Source: Candidatus Heimdallarchaeota archaeon
Lineage (GTDB): Archaea; Asgardarchaeota; Heimdallarchaeia; Heimdallarchaeales; Heimdallarchaeaceae
Assembly (NCBI GenBank): GCA_018238545.1
Contig: JABCTC010000035.1
Location: 1 to 35,270, forward strand
DNA length: 35,270 nucleotides
Reading direction: 5' to 3'
Shown here: positions 17,760-26,401 of the stretch, one piece after another
Layout of the letters: every line of letters starts with the position of its first letter
Position numbering within the stretch: position 1 is the first letter of the stretch
Program-made: the position numbers and the translations under genes
Notes under the pieces: model-generated
The model's input: only the letters and a program-made list of their open reading frames with translations
Databases searched by the model: none
Told to the model about the DNA's origin: nothing

Positions 17760-18728
17760 ATGACCCCTAGCTCAAAAAACAAGGAATTCTCATTCATTGA
17801 TTTATTCTCGGGAGCAGGAGGTTTTAGTTTGGGTTTTGCACAAGAAGGTTTTAGGGATTTACTTGCTATTGAAATTGATAATTCTGCAGCTCAGACATAC
17901 AGCTTTAATTTTCCTGATACACCAATGATGAAGGCTGATATTCGTACCATTCACTCTTTACAGATTGAGTCAAAAATAAGTGAAACACCAGATGTTATCC
18001 TTGCTTCTCCACCTTGTGAACCTTTCACTTCTGCTAATACAGCTAGACAAAAAGACCCATTTGATAGATTTTACACGGATCCCAAAGGCGATTTGATTTT
18101 GCATGCAATACGAATTATTGGTGATTTATCTCCAAAGTTTTTCGTAATTGAAAATGTTATCCCCATAGTGAATGGTATTGGAAAAGAGTTGATTTCAAAT
18201 GCACTTGAGAAAGTGGGTTTTGAAAAAACATATTTCAATGTCATTAACGCTGAAAACCATGGGTGTCCAAGTGAAAGAATTAGAGTTTTTATTAGTAATA
18301 TACGTTTGAAACTTCCAAAGCAGAGAACTATTACTACTGCTGAAGCTATTAATAATCTCCCCGAACCATCTTATCCGAATGACTTTCCAAATCATTTTTC
18401 TCTTTTCTTTCCAAAGAGAGTGAGTGATAAAGTACACCGAATAAAAAAGGGTGGGGCAGCAATTTATTTCTCTGGAGCTGTCGAAGAAAAAAGAACTTGG
18501 ATAAAACTTGATGCAGAAAAAGTAGCTGACACTATTATGGGTAAATCTCGCTTTATTCATCCCTTTAAAAATCGCCCCATGACTGCAAGAGAACACGCTC
18601 GTTTGATGAGTTTTCCTGATGCGTTTGTTTTTACTGGCAAAGTTGATTCAGTTTTTAATCAAGTTGGAGAAGCTGTTCCACCAGTTATTTCGAGGCAGAT
18701 CGCAAAAATTGTAAAGCAAAAATTATGA
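17760..18728 (+). CDS. Cytosine-C5 methyltransferase, orphan, archaeal type
   Basis: Motif I DLFSGAGG, IV SPPCEPF, VI IENV, VIII PSERIR, IX/X MTAREHARLMSFPD...QVGEAV. Start moved to ATG 17760 because the ORF-track start lies inside the tRNA. Confidence 0.9.
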   Translation: MTPSSKNKEFSFIDLFSGAGGFSLGFAQEGFRDLLAIEIDNSAAQTYSFNFPDTPMMKADIRTIHSLQIESKISETPDVILASPPCEPFTSANTARQKDPFDRFYTDPKGDLILHAIRIIGDLSPKFFVIENVIPIVNGIGKELISNALEKVGFEKTYFNVINAENHGCPSERIRVFISNIRLKLPKQRTITTAEAINNLPEPSYPNDFPNHFSLFFPKRVSDKVHRIKKGGAAIYFSGAVEEKRTWIKLDAEKVADTIMGKSRFIHPFKNRPMTAREHARLMSFPDAFVFTGKVDSVFNQVGEAVPPVISRQIAKIVKQKL

Positions 18729-18760
18729 GAATCTAAAAAAAGGAAAAAAATAGCAGTCAA

Positions 18761-19435
18761 CTATGAATCTTTTGAAAATGCATCTTGAATACTTGAGAAC
18801 AGATTTGATAGTGGTTTTCCAAAGATATTCTGGAAAGATTGTTTGATTTCCTTAACTTGTAGAATATCCGCAATAGACCTATACTTTCCATCTTTGTTTA
18901 CTGATATCAGACCTTTCTTAGAAATCCATAGAAATTTCTTTTGACCTTTTCTTCCTATGATCTCTTTATTCCCTATTGAGAATGCTCCGTCAGGACTAAT
19001 TAACCAAAACAATTTGGGTTTTTGTGTCGCTATCAACGTATGCTTGTTTATGTCCGTTAAACCAATTTTGTTTAATGAAAAACCTCTATTGTATTTACTC
19101 ACTAGTTCCTGATAAGGCTCAAAATTTTCTACTGGAGACGTTTCTTTAACGTGATCTAACGAAAGAAAGGGTAGATTAACAGGAAAAAGAATGACGGTAG
19201 AGAACGTTTCATCAAATAGTTCTCCTACTGCACCTTTTTGGGAATGAACTATTAAATCTGCAATAATCCCTATGGGTCCTTCAAGAAGAAATCCTATCTG
19301 CCTATTTTCTTTTTCATTAAAAACTGGAAATAAGAGGGACCTCTTAGATAGTGAGATTTTAACAATATTGTTATCGAAAGTATATTCATAACTATGGGTA
19401 ATTTTCAAAGGCCGATTTTTTATACTTAATCTCAT
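18761..19435 (-). CDS. Hypothetical protein (beta-rich, amphipathic C-terminus); last gene of a 4-gene operon
   Basis: 224-aa ORF with GGTGA SD, 18 bp from the upstream gene. Confidence 0.65.
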   Translation of the reverse strand: MRLSIKNRPLKITHSYEYTFDNNIVKISLSKRSLLFPVFNEKENRQIGFLLEGPIGIIADLIVHSQKGAVGELFDETFSTVILFPVNLPFLSLDHVKETSPVENFEPYQELVSKYNRGFSLNKIGLTDINKHTLIATQKPKLFWLISPDGAFSIGNKEIIGRKGQKKFLWISKKGLISVNKDGKYRSIADILQVKEIKQSFQNIFGKPLSNLFSSIQDAFSKDS

Positions 19436-19453
19436 TGTTTTATCACCAGTTGC

Positions 19454-20875
19454 TTAATCTTCAATATCAATATCTCTTGCATCCTCATCTTCATTTTCGT
19501 AGTATTCTAGCTGTTTCTTACGAGAATGAATCAATTCAGCTAATTTGAGAGCTTCAATTCCTAATTGTGTGATAAGATATCTTCCTCGAATTGCTTCTCT
19601 TGTGATGAAATTAACATCTTGAAGAATATCTGTATGGTGTTTAAAGGTGCCACCACGCAATCCTGTTTCTTCAGCAAGTTCTTTTTGATATTGTGGCGAA
19701 TTTTCAAGTATTTTTAGAATAAGTAATCGCCTCTTATCTCCTAATGCTGACAACAACTCTGCATTTATTTCCAATACTTCATCCGTTTCCTCGATATCTA
19801 TCGCATCTTCAGATTCAATACTGACGTTGTTACCCTCTTGTTTTATTCTGGTAATACCTCCCATAGCTTTCTTACCTCCGTCAATAGCAATTTTTATTGT
19901 ACTTTCAAGGTTTTTGGCTAATGAAGACATTACTCTGTCAGAATATTCTGTGAAAGTTGAACCTAAATCAACATCATCCACTCGAATTACTCGAGCTCCA
20001 CCATTCTTTGATTGTGCTTCATGAATCCTTGCAGCTCTTCTTTGTAATCTAGTAAACTCCCTTTTCGCATTGGAAAGTCCATGTCTTGCTCCATGAATTT
20101 CATTCCTGGCATCTTGTAACTCTTCAGTTGCATCTTGTAACTCTTCTTTAGATTCACGTTGAAGTTCTCGATCATCCTCATGGATAGCCCGTTCCATTCT
20201 TCGTCTTGCAGCACCAATTTCCTTCTGAGCTTCTATTACTGACAATCTTGCCTGATCCATATCCTCTTGAGCATCATCAATCTCGCTTCTAACATCTTCT
20301 ATTTCTTCAATAATCTCTTCATATTCTTCAGTTGAAATATTAACGGCCCCTCTTAATCGTTCATTTTCTTTTTCTAACACTTTTTGTATTTTCTTTGTAA
20401 GTTTATCAGAAATCTCTTTAGCTATTTTTTCGCCGTCTTTTGCAACCTTTTCAACTCTCTTAGTAAACTCTTTCATAGATTTTTTGAACTCAGCCGATTC
20501 AAAATCCATTCGTCCCTCAAATCCTTTGAAAACTATAGGTTTTATATACTTTGTTTGTTTCATCGGTTTCATCGGTTTCATCGGTTTCATCGGTTTCATC
20601 GGTTTCATCGGTTTCATTGGCTTTTCTGGCATTGCTCTCTCAAGAGGTTCAGCATGGATAAAGCGTTCAGTCTTGCGTTTTGCTTTATTAATATCATGCT
20701 CAATTTTTCTTCTAGCTTCTTCTTTGATTCTATTTCGTTCTTTATCAGACTCTAACTCAGAAGTTCTCTCTATTTTGTCTAAATCTTTGTAAGCGTTAGC
20801 TTGATTCTTTTGTAGTTCTTTTATGCTGGCTTTTAGCTCAGCAATTTCATCTCGTAATTCTTTTTCTTCCGCCAT
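19454..20875 (-). CDS. Long coiled-coil protein with C-terminal ArsR/SmtB-type winged HTH
   Basis: LLSALGDKRRLLILKIL...ELAEETGLRGGTFKHH..IL....FI.RE..RGRY.IT; about 350 aa of coiled coil upstream. Start ATG 20875 follows a GGTGA SD. Confidence 0.8.
   Translation of the reverse strand: MAEEKELRDEIAELKASIKELQKNQANAYKDLDKIERTSELESDKERNRIKEEARRKIEHDINKAKRKTERFIHAEPLERAMPEKPMKPMKPMKPMKPMKPMKPMKQTKYIKPIVFKGFEGRMDFESAEFKKSMKEFTKRVEKVAKDGEKIAKEISDKLTKKIQKVLEKENERLRGAVNISTEEYEEIIEEIEDVRSEIDDAQEDMDQARLSVIEAQKEIGAARRRMERAIHEDDRELQRESKEELQDATEELQDARNEIHGARHGLSNAKREFTRLQRRAARIHEAQSKNGGARVIRVDDVDLGSTFTEYSDRVMSSLAKNLESTIKIAIDGGKKAMGGITRIKQEGNNVSIESEDAIDIEETDEVLEINAELLSALGDKRRLLILKILENSPQYQKELAEETGLRGGTFKHHTDILQDVNFITREAIRGRYLITQLGIEALKLAELIHSRKKQLEYYENEDEDARDIDIED
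20557..20617 (-). repeat. 9-bp tandem repeat encoding (PMK)7
   Basis: GTTTCATCG x6 plus a partial copy on the + strand; in frame. Confidence 0.97.
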
Positions 20876-20889
20876 TTTTTTCACCTTGA

Positions 20890-21102
20890 TTAAAAAATAC
20901 TCCCTCTCTCTTCGGTAATTTCGTTGGAGTCAAATATGTTTGTTAGATCATCCTTAAGATCAGTCAGGTTGTCCTTTAAATCTAGAACCATTTCTTTCAT
21001 AGATTCTTTGAACTCCTTCATGGATTCCTTAAACTCATACATCCACTCTTCTAAGTATTCATCAAACTCATCTTCAAAGTCGCGTTTGTTTAGGAGTTTC
21101 AA
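20890..21102 (-). CDS. Small acidic amphipathic hypothetical protein (70 aa, TTG start)
   Basis: SD-like GGGAG upstream; internal repeats EFKESMK x2 and DLKD.LT x2; tightly packed between neighbours. Confidence 0.6.
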   Translation of the reverse strand: MKLLNKRDFEDEFDEYLEEWMYEFKESMKEFKESMKEMVLDLKDNLTDLKDDLTNIFDSNEITEERGSIF

Positions 21103-21103
21103 C

Positions 21104-21226
21104 TTAAATAACTACTCCCTCTGATTTTCTTTTCAACACTCTTCTTGCTCTCTGAAGTTGACTTAATTCGCCTTTTAACTTTCGGATCTCTTGATTTAAC
21201 GTTTTTATTGTGTCACTTGGTCTCAT
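21104..21226 (-). CDS. Small basic coiled-coil peptide (40 aa, not in ORF track)
   Basis: MRPSDTIKTLNQEIRKLKGELSQLQRARRVLKRKSEGVVI*; AGGTGA SD; heptad leucines; stop 1 bp from the next start. Confidence 0.6.
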   Translation of the reverse strand: MRPSDTIKTLNQEIRKLKGELSQLQRARRVLKRKSEGVVI

Positions 21227-21261
21227 GTTTCTCACCTATTATTACACTTTTTCGCGTTAAC

Positions 21262-21290
21262 TTACAATATTCTGTAACATATATAAACCT
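21262..21290 (-). promoter_or_regulatory. TATA box plus adjacent palindromic operator for the coiled-coil/ArsR operon
   Basis: Minus-strand TTTATATA at about 21280-21287; TTACA-N6-TGTAA at 21262-21277 between TATA and the predicted TSS. Confidence 0.5.
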
Positions 21291-21580
21291 TATCATTTCT
21301 GTATGAAACTTCCAATAAACTGTAATTATATTAGCTTGCTTCTAAAGCTTTAAATTCGCCACTTTTGACAATAGGAGTATAATGTTAGGTGGAAATGTTG
21401 CGCATTTAGAGGCGATGATATAATACTAAACATGTAGATATTGCGTAGATAATACTTATACATTTTATTGTTGAAGGGAATTTCAAGATATTAGCACCTG
21501 AATCTGGTTTAAGAAGAGAAGTTTTCCATTTCTTTCAGACTTATTCATAGTTAACATTGAGATTAACCTGAGGAATAAAA

Positions 21581-22267
21581 ATGCTGCGTGTAGGTAAAAA
21601 TAAAGATAATAACTCTTCAGCACGCTTTGAACAGATCGATATAACTAAAGGATATCAAACAGCATACAGAAAAATATCTGAAGAAACTGGCATTACTATC
21701 TCTAACAAGGTAAAAGAGAAAATATATCCTGAAGGAGTAATGAAAATTACTTATAGCCCCCAAACTGAATCAATTTATTATTACAACGATACCCTATCTG
21801 GTTCCAATCATAAATTGAAGTGGGAAATTTTTGAAGACAGGGGAGCAATTATTGAAACAAAACTAATTGAAAATCTGATTGGGATTGACGAAATAAAGTT
21901 AGATTTTGATAAGCTCACACAAGAGGAGAAACAGATAGGCTACCTAGCTCTTGATGAGATTATTGAAAAAATAAGCGAGTTTGTGAAAATATATGGAGAA
22001 AAAGCTTTCCGATATCGTATTGATTTAAAACAAAATGAAAAATGCAAAGTATTTAGATTCAACCGAGCTAATCATACCGAAGAAATAACACTTTTTTCCT
22101 CCGATAAATATCTTGTTTTACGAAGGCTTGAAAATAACGACACTGTTCATCAGAAGAATGTAAGAAGTATGAATCGAACAATCGTGTGTTGGTACTATGA
22201 AGGTTTACTGAGAATGAGTCGTTTAGATAAAAAACAGAAAAAACATTCGAGAAAAATTGACAGTTAA
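21581..22267 (+). CDS. Hypothetical protein
   Basis: 228-aa ORF with GAGG SD; no recognisable motif. Confidence 0.55.
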   Translation: MLRVGKNKDNNSSARFEQIDITKGYQTAYRKISEETGITISNKVKEKIYPEGVMKITYSPQTESIYYYNDTLSGSNHKLKWEIFEDRGAIIETKLIENLIGIDEIKLDFDKLTQEEKQIGYLALDEIIEKISEFVKIYGEKAFRYRIDLKQNEKCKVFRFNRANHTEEITLFSSDKYLVLRRLENNDTVHQKNVRSMNRTIVCWYYEGLLRMSRLDKKQKKHSRKIDS

Positions 22268-22434
22268 AGGTATATGTTGTATCAAAAATTCTTCAAAAAA
22301 CGAGTTTGTTTTTAAGTTCTTTTTAAATAAAACATATTTTCCACATATCTATACGCATAATACTTTTCCTTTAAATGTGAATGTCTATGTTAGCATAGTA
22401 AAAAAGTTACAAATATTGATAAAGGGTGAGAAAA

Positions 22435-22701
22435 ATGCTATACGAGATAGACACTATATATTGTTCAAGATGTCTAAGATATGTAAATATTTTCGATGCT
22501 GAGAACGAAGAGTTTTCGACAAAGGAGCTGATATGTGTTGATTGTGGCAAAATTCTGATGGTTGTTAGATCGTCTTTCCAATCAAGAAATGACTCTAATT
22601 TCTTAATCAAATCTCTTGAAAAACACATTAATAGAGAAAATGTTAAAACTGGAAAAAGCCTAAAAATGAGAGAATTCTTTTCAAAATCTAGCGTTTTGTA
22701 G
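22435..22701 (+). CDS. Small zinc-ribbon protein
   Basis: CSRC...CVDCG; GGTGA SD before ATG 22435. Confidence 0.6.
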   Translation: MLYEIDTIYCSRCLRYVNIFDAENEEFSTKELICVDCGKILMVVRSSFQSRNDSNFLIKSLEKHINRENVKTGKSLKMREFFSKSSVL

Positions 22702-22778
22702 GAAATAGACTGTGAAGTTTGAGGAAATTAGAAATCATTGTTGCTATTTTCCATACTATTTTAAACTAGTTGTAACCC

Positions 22779-24014
22779 TTGTTTCATGTGATTGAGTCAG
22801 AGGATGATTTAGTGGTGGTTGGAGGTGGTCCTGCAGGTCTACTCTCAGCAATTTCTGCATCAAAGAAGGGAGTGGATGTCACATTACTTGAATCAAAAAA
22901 TGCAATTGGTCGTCATGAACATTGTGCTGGTCTGCTCAGTATTGATGGTTTAAAATCACTTAATCTCCTTAATTTACCTTCTAATATAATACAAAATAAG
23001 GACATTCGAGGTTCTAAAATTTATTCACCTAAAGGTGAACTACTTGTTGTACAAAAGAATGAACCTACTGCTTGGGTAGTGGATAGAGCTGGTTTTGACT
23101 CTCATCTATCTTCTCAAGCAATTGAGTTAGGTGTAAATATACGAACCTCTTCAAGAGTTCTTAATATCAAAAAAACCAATGGCCATCTGAATTACATTCT
23201 TGGTAAAAAAAGTACAACTCAAAAATTCAGATCTAAAATGGTTATACTTGCAGAAGGAAGATTCCCAGCTTTAAATGAAAAATTCAATCTACCTAGTCCA
23301 TTACGTAATAATATTGTATATGCTTCTCAATTTATCATGTCGGGTGTAAAAGATATCGAGAGAGAATTTGTAGAACTTTATCAAGGCAACAGTTTAGCTC
23401 CAGGTTTTTTTGGTTGGATTATTCCAATAGATGAAAAAAGAGCGAAAGTTGGGCTAGGAGTTACTAATCCTCCTGCTGGTAAGTCGCTTAGAACTCTAAT
23501 TAACACACACCCTATCATTAAACAGAAATTATCTTCAGCAATAATTGAAAAACGAATGAGTGGAGCCATTCCGATTGGGTCTTATATTAAAAAAACCTAT
23601 GCTGATAATGTAATTGTTGTTGGAGATGCTGCGGGACAGACTAAACCAACAACTGGAGGCGGTGTAATTTTTGGTGGTATTGCAGCAAAAATTGCAGGTG
23701 ATATCTCAAGTCAAGCAATAAAAAATGAAGATTTTTCATCTAAATTCTTGTCCGAATATGAGAAAAGATGGAGGAAGGAATTTAGAAAGAATCTAGATGT
23801 AATGAAAATAATAAGAAATTATCTAAATTCTCTTGAAGATGAGCACGTTGAAAAACTGTTCAATTTATTAAATAAACCAAAAATAAAAAAACAAATCTCA
23901 CGATTTGGAGATGTTGATAACCAAGCAAAGGTTGTTTTTCGCTTGGTTTTCAATCTTAGGTTGTGGCCATTTCTCCTGGGCTCAGGTATAAGGTTTTTAT
24001 TCAAAAAAAACTAA
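22779..24014 (+). CDS. Geranylgeranyl reductase family flavoprotein (digeranylgeranylglycerophospholipid reductase-like)
   Basis: VVGGGPAG, HCAG, VVDRAGFD, APGFFGWIIP, VGDAAGQTKPTTGGG. Exact start uncertain. Confidence 0.88.
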   Translation: MFHVIESEDDLVVVGGGPAGLLSAISASKKGVDVTLLESKNAIGRHEHCAGLLSIDGLKSLNLLNLPSNIIQNKDIRGSKIYSPKGELLVVQKNEPTAWVVDRAGFDSHLSSQAIELGVNIRTSSRVLNIKKTNGHLNYILGKKSTTQKFRSKMVILAEGRFPALNEKFNLPSPLRNNIVYASQFIMSGVKDIEREFVELYQGNSLAPGFFGWIIPIDEKRAKVGLGVTNPPAGKSLRTLINTHPIIKQKLSSAIIEKRMSGAIPIGSYIKKTYADNVIVVGDAAGQTKPTTGGGVIFGGIAAKIAGDISSQAIKNEDFSSKFLSEYEKRWRKEFRKNLDVMKIIRNYLNSLEDEHVEKLFNLLNKPKIKKQISRFGDVDNQAKVVFRLVFNLRLWPFLLGSGIRFLFKKN

Positions 24015-24475
24015 TATCTTGTTTTAAGACCTGATAACTTTAGTTTTATTTTGACAGAGTTTTGCGTTATTACCTGATAGTCTGATGAACCAAGTGGAAC
24101 CGATAATTCAATATTAACAATTTCATCATCATTCTTTCCGGGATCACGTTCAAAGAGATGGAAAGGAACATTAATAACGCCACCTTGAGACATTGTTATG
24201 AATTCTGTGTACAGTGTAAGCCCTTCTGGAGGTTTCCAAAGCTCATTCTTTTCCATGTTTATTGTACCTCTATTTGGGATTCTTCCACTAAAAGCAGGTC
24301 TTCGTCCTACTCGGAAGTACAACTCAGATTCATTTCCAAGCAAATCTCGATCTTCTAAGACCTTAATTGATATTAACTCGATTTTGACTATGAATCTATT
24401 GTCAAATTCTTTGTCATCTCTTTGTCCTCTTGCATAAGTGTTTCTATAGACTTTTTTTACAACTCGTCTTCCCAT
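24011..24475 (-). CDS. Stand-alone C2-domain-like protein with basic N-terminus
   Basis: VKIELISIKVLEDRDLLGNESELYFRV and FHLFERDPGKNDDEIVNIELSV match C2 Ca-binding loops 1 and 3; C-terminal strand KIKLKLS. Confidence 0.55.
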   Translation of the reverse strand: MGRRVVKKVYRNTYARGQRDDKEFDNRFIVKIELISIKVLEDRDLLGNESELYFRVGRRPAFSGRIPNRGTINMEKNELWKPPEGLTLYTEFITMSQGGVINVPFHLFERDPGKNDDEIVNIELSVPLGSSDYQVITQNSVKIKLKLSGLKTRY

Positions 24476-24595
24476 ATATTCACTCTCAATTGTTTAAATT
24501 TAGCATTGATAAATTGTTTCTGAATGCTTCTACTTCCACTAAAGGTATTTCATATTTAAAGCATTTCTAATAACAGCTGGGAAAAGTGTTTTTTA

Positions 24596-25753
24596 CTATT
24601 TACCCTTTAGAAATTCAACTAAGCAAAATTTACCTCTTCTTGTAGCAGGAATCCGTTCTCCGACTGTAAATGTTTTATCTGGCAGAAGGTTTTGTAGTAT
24701 TCCTTCCCACATATATAAAACAAAGTCACACAAATCTCTTTTTCCTTCAACACATTTCTCTCCAGGGGCATATGTACAATAGCTTCTAGCAGGAAATTCA
24801 ACATATGCGACACGACGAGATACTGTTGAAGTAATATCGTCTGGTAGATGTTTTAACAAATCATCTTCAGAATTAGTTTTAATTGTTTTAATGACATATT
24901 GACCAATCATCGAAGATATTTCTCGTATGCTTTGGTCAGCATCTCTTATGTTTGTAAGTAGGATTTCAATGAGATATAAAATGTGGTTCTCAGTAAATTC
25001 AGCCTTTGCCTTTTTTACATTTGTATCCTCCATATCACTAAAGAAAGTAGTAATTATTTCAGCTAACACTTGATGAAAAATCGGTAAAATCATGGCAATG
25101 GGATAATTTTTCGAGATTGGTGAGAATGTATCTTCTAAACTTAATCCAATTGAGGATTTGATCTCTTCTTCCTCTGTAGAAAGTTGTGGTTTGATTGATT
25201 GAGCTATAGTTTGTTGCATATCTACGATGGGTTTGTATGTCGAAGTACTGGTTTCGACTTGAATAATTTTTTCCCCTATTGTAGGTATTGGGTGTTCAAT
25301 CTTTTGTATTATGACCTGCATCTGTTGAGATTCAAATTGGCTAGGGATTTGTTCAACTATGACATCCGACTCAAACAGGAAATATCCAAGAGCTCGAATT
25401 ATACCTGAAACAATCAAGATATAGGATAAATCTGTAGATTCTGAAGAAATAAAACGGTTAGCACCTAAATTAATTATTGCACTTTCTTCCTTCTTCTCAA
25501 TATTCAAAGTTTTCCAACCTAGGAATTCTACTAATGAATCAAACTGCTCTTCAATACTTAGATCTCTATGTGGTGTAAAATTGTTGAAAATCACATCTGC
25601 AATAATAGAGACTATTGCTTCTTCATTTTCCTTTTTAGTAATGTCAAACGAAGATATTATTCGTTTTAATGTATTCATTAGTATCTTTGTAATTTGCAAT
25701 GCGCGTAATTTGTCACTACCTTTGTTTGTCCAAGTCGGAGAATAACCGCTCAT
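24596..25753 (-). CDS. Hypothetical protein with two V4R/TRAPP(Bet3)-like domains
   Basis: N-terminal FLGW...IVSGIIRALGYFL; C-terminal C...C...LCDFVLYMWEGILQNL...FTVGE...GKFCLVEF. Confidence 0.55.
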   Translation of the reverse strand: MSGYSPTWTNKGSDKLRALQITKILMNTLKRIISSFDITKKENEEAIVSIIADVIFNNFTPHRDLSIEEQFDSLVEFLGWKTLNIEKKEESAIINLGANRFISSESTDLSYILIVSGIIRALGYFLFESDVIVEQIPSQFESQQMQVIIQKIEHPIPTIGEKIIQVETSTSTYKPIVDMQQTIAQSIKPQLSTEEEEIKSSIGLSLEDTFSPISKNYPIAMILPIFHQVLAEIITTFFSDMEDTNVKKAKAEFTENHILYLIEILLTNIRDADQSIREISSMIGQYVIKTIKTNSEDDLLKHLPDDITSTVSRRVAYVEFPARSYCTYAPGEKCVEGKRDLCDFVLYMWEGILQNLLPDKTFTVGERIPATRRGKFCLVEFLKGK

Positions 25754-25927
25754 ATCTATCGTCCTTTTGCAATGCAGAGTATTGATTTTCTTCTACATTA
25801 AGATGAACATGTCATAATTATAACCTTTATGTTAATTTTTCTTTCACGACATATCAAAAATCTGAAAATGGTTTAAGTCAAAAAGCTTAAAACACCTTTC
25901 TATCCGTATCCTATAGATATCGTACTA

Positions 25928-26119
25928 GTGATGACTATGAGTAAAATGATTGATATGCCTAGATGCACAAGCTGTAACAAAACCATTAGTCCTAGCGAAG
26001 GAGGAACTACACGCTTTTCGTGCCCTAACTGTAATGATGTAATAATTGTACGCTGTGAAAAATGTAGACTTTTTGGAAATGAATATATCTGTCCAAAATG
26101 CAGCTTTCAAGGTCCATAA
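25928..26119 (+). CDS. Zn-ribbon protein (DUF1610/HVO_2753 family)
   Basis: CTSC...F.CPNC...I.RCEKCR..G..Y.CPKC.FQGP; conserved position upstream of EF-1beta. Confidence 0.9.
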   Translation: MMTMSKMIDMPRCTSCNKTISPSEGGTTRFSCPNCNDVIIVRCEKCRLFGNEYICPKCSFQGP

Positions 26120-26131
26120 GAGGCGTTAATA

Positions 26132-26401
26132 ATGGGTAGTGTATTATTAGTTTATGAGATTCGTCCTGAATCTGTAGAAGTAACTCCAGAAATAGTCGAA
26201 GGAAAAATTAGAGCTGGTCTAGATCCTAAATTTCAAATGCAAGATAATCCTGAAGAAAAACCATTATTTTTCGGTATGGTCGGTATAATCGGACAATTCA
26301 TTATACCTGAGGAAGATGGTGCTCAAGATCAACTTGAACAATTCTTGAACTCATTAGAGGAAATCTCATCAATTCAGATGACATTTGTTACCCGATTGTA
26401 G
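26132..26401 (+). CDS. ef1b: Translation elongation factor aEF-1beta
   Basis: MGSVLLVYEIRPESVEV...EEKPLFFGM...IPEEDG..DQLE...LEEISSI; gene context. Confidence 0.88.
   Translation: MGSVLLVYEIRPESVEVTPEIVEGKIRAGLDPKFQMQDNPEEKPLFFGMVGIIGQFIIPEEDGAQDQLEQFLNSLEEISSIQMTFVTRL

Noticed and set aside
20384-20792. Antisense ORFs with (FHR)n and (FIG)n repeats
   Set aside because: Shadows of the PMK repeat on the coding minus strand.
17737-22780. tRNA-integrated genomic island
   Set aside because: No integrase and no duplicated tRNA 3' end seen in the window.
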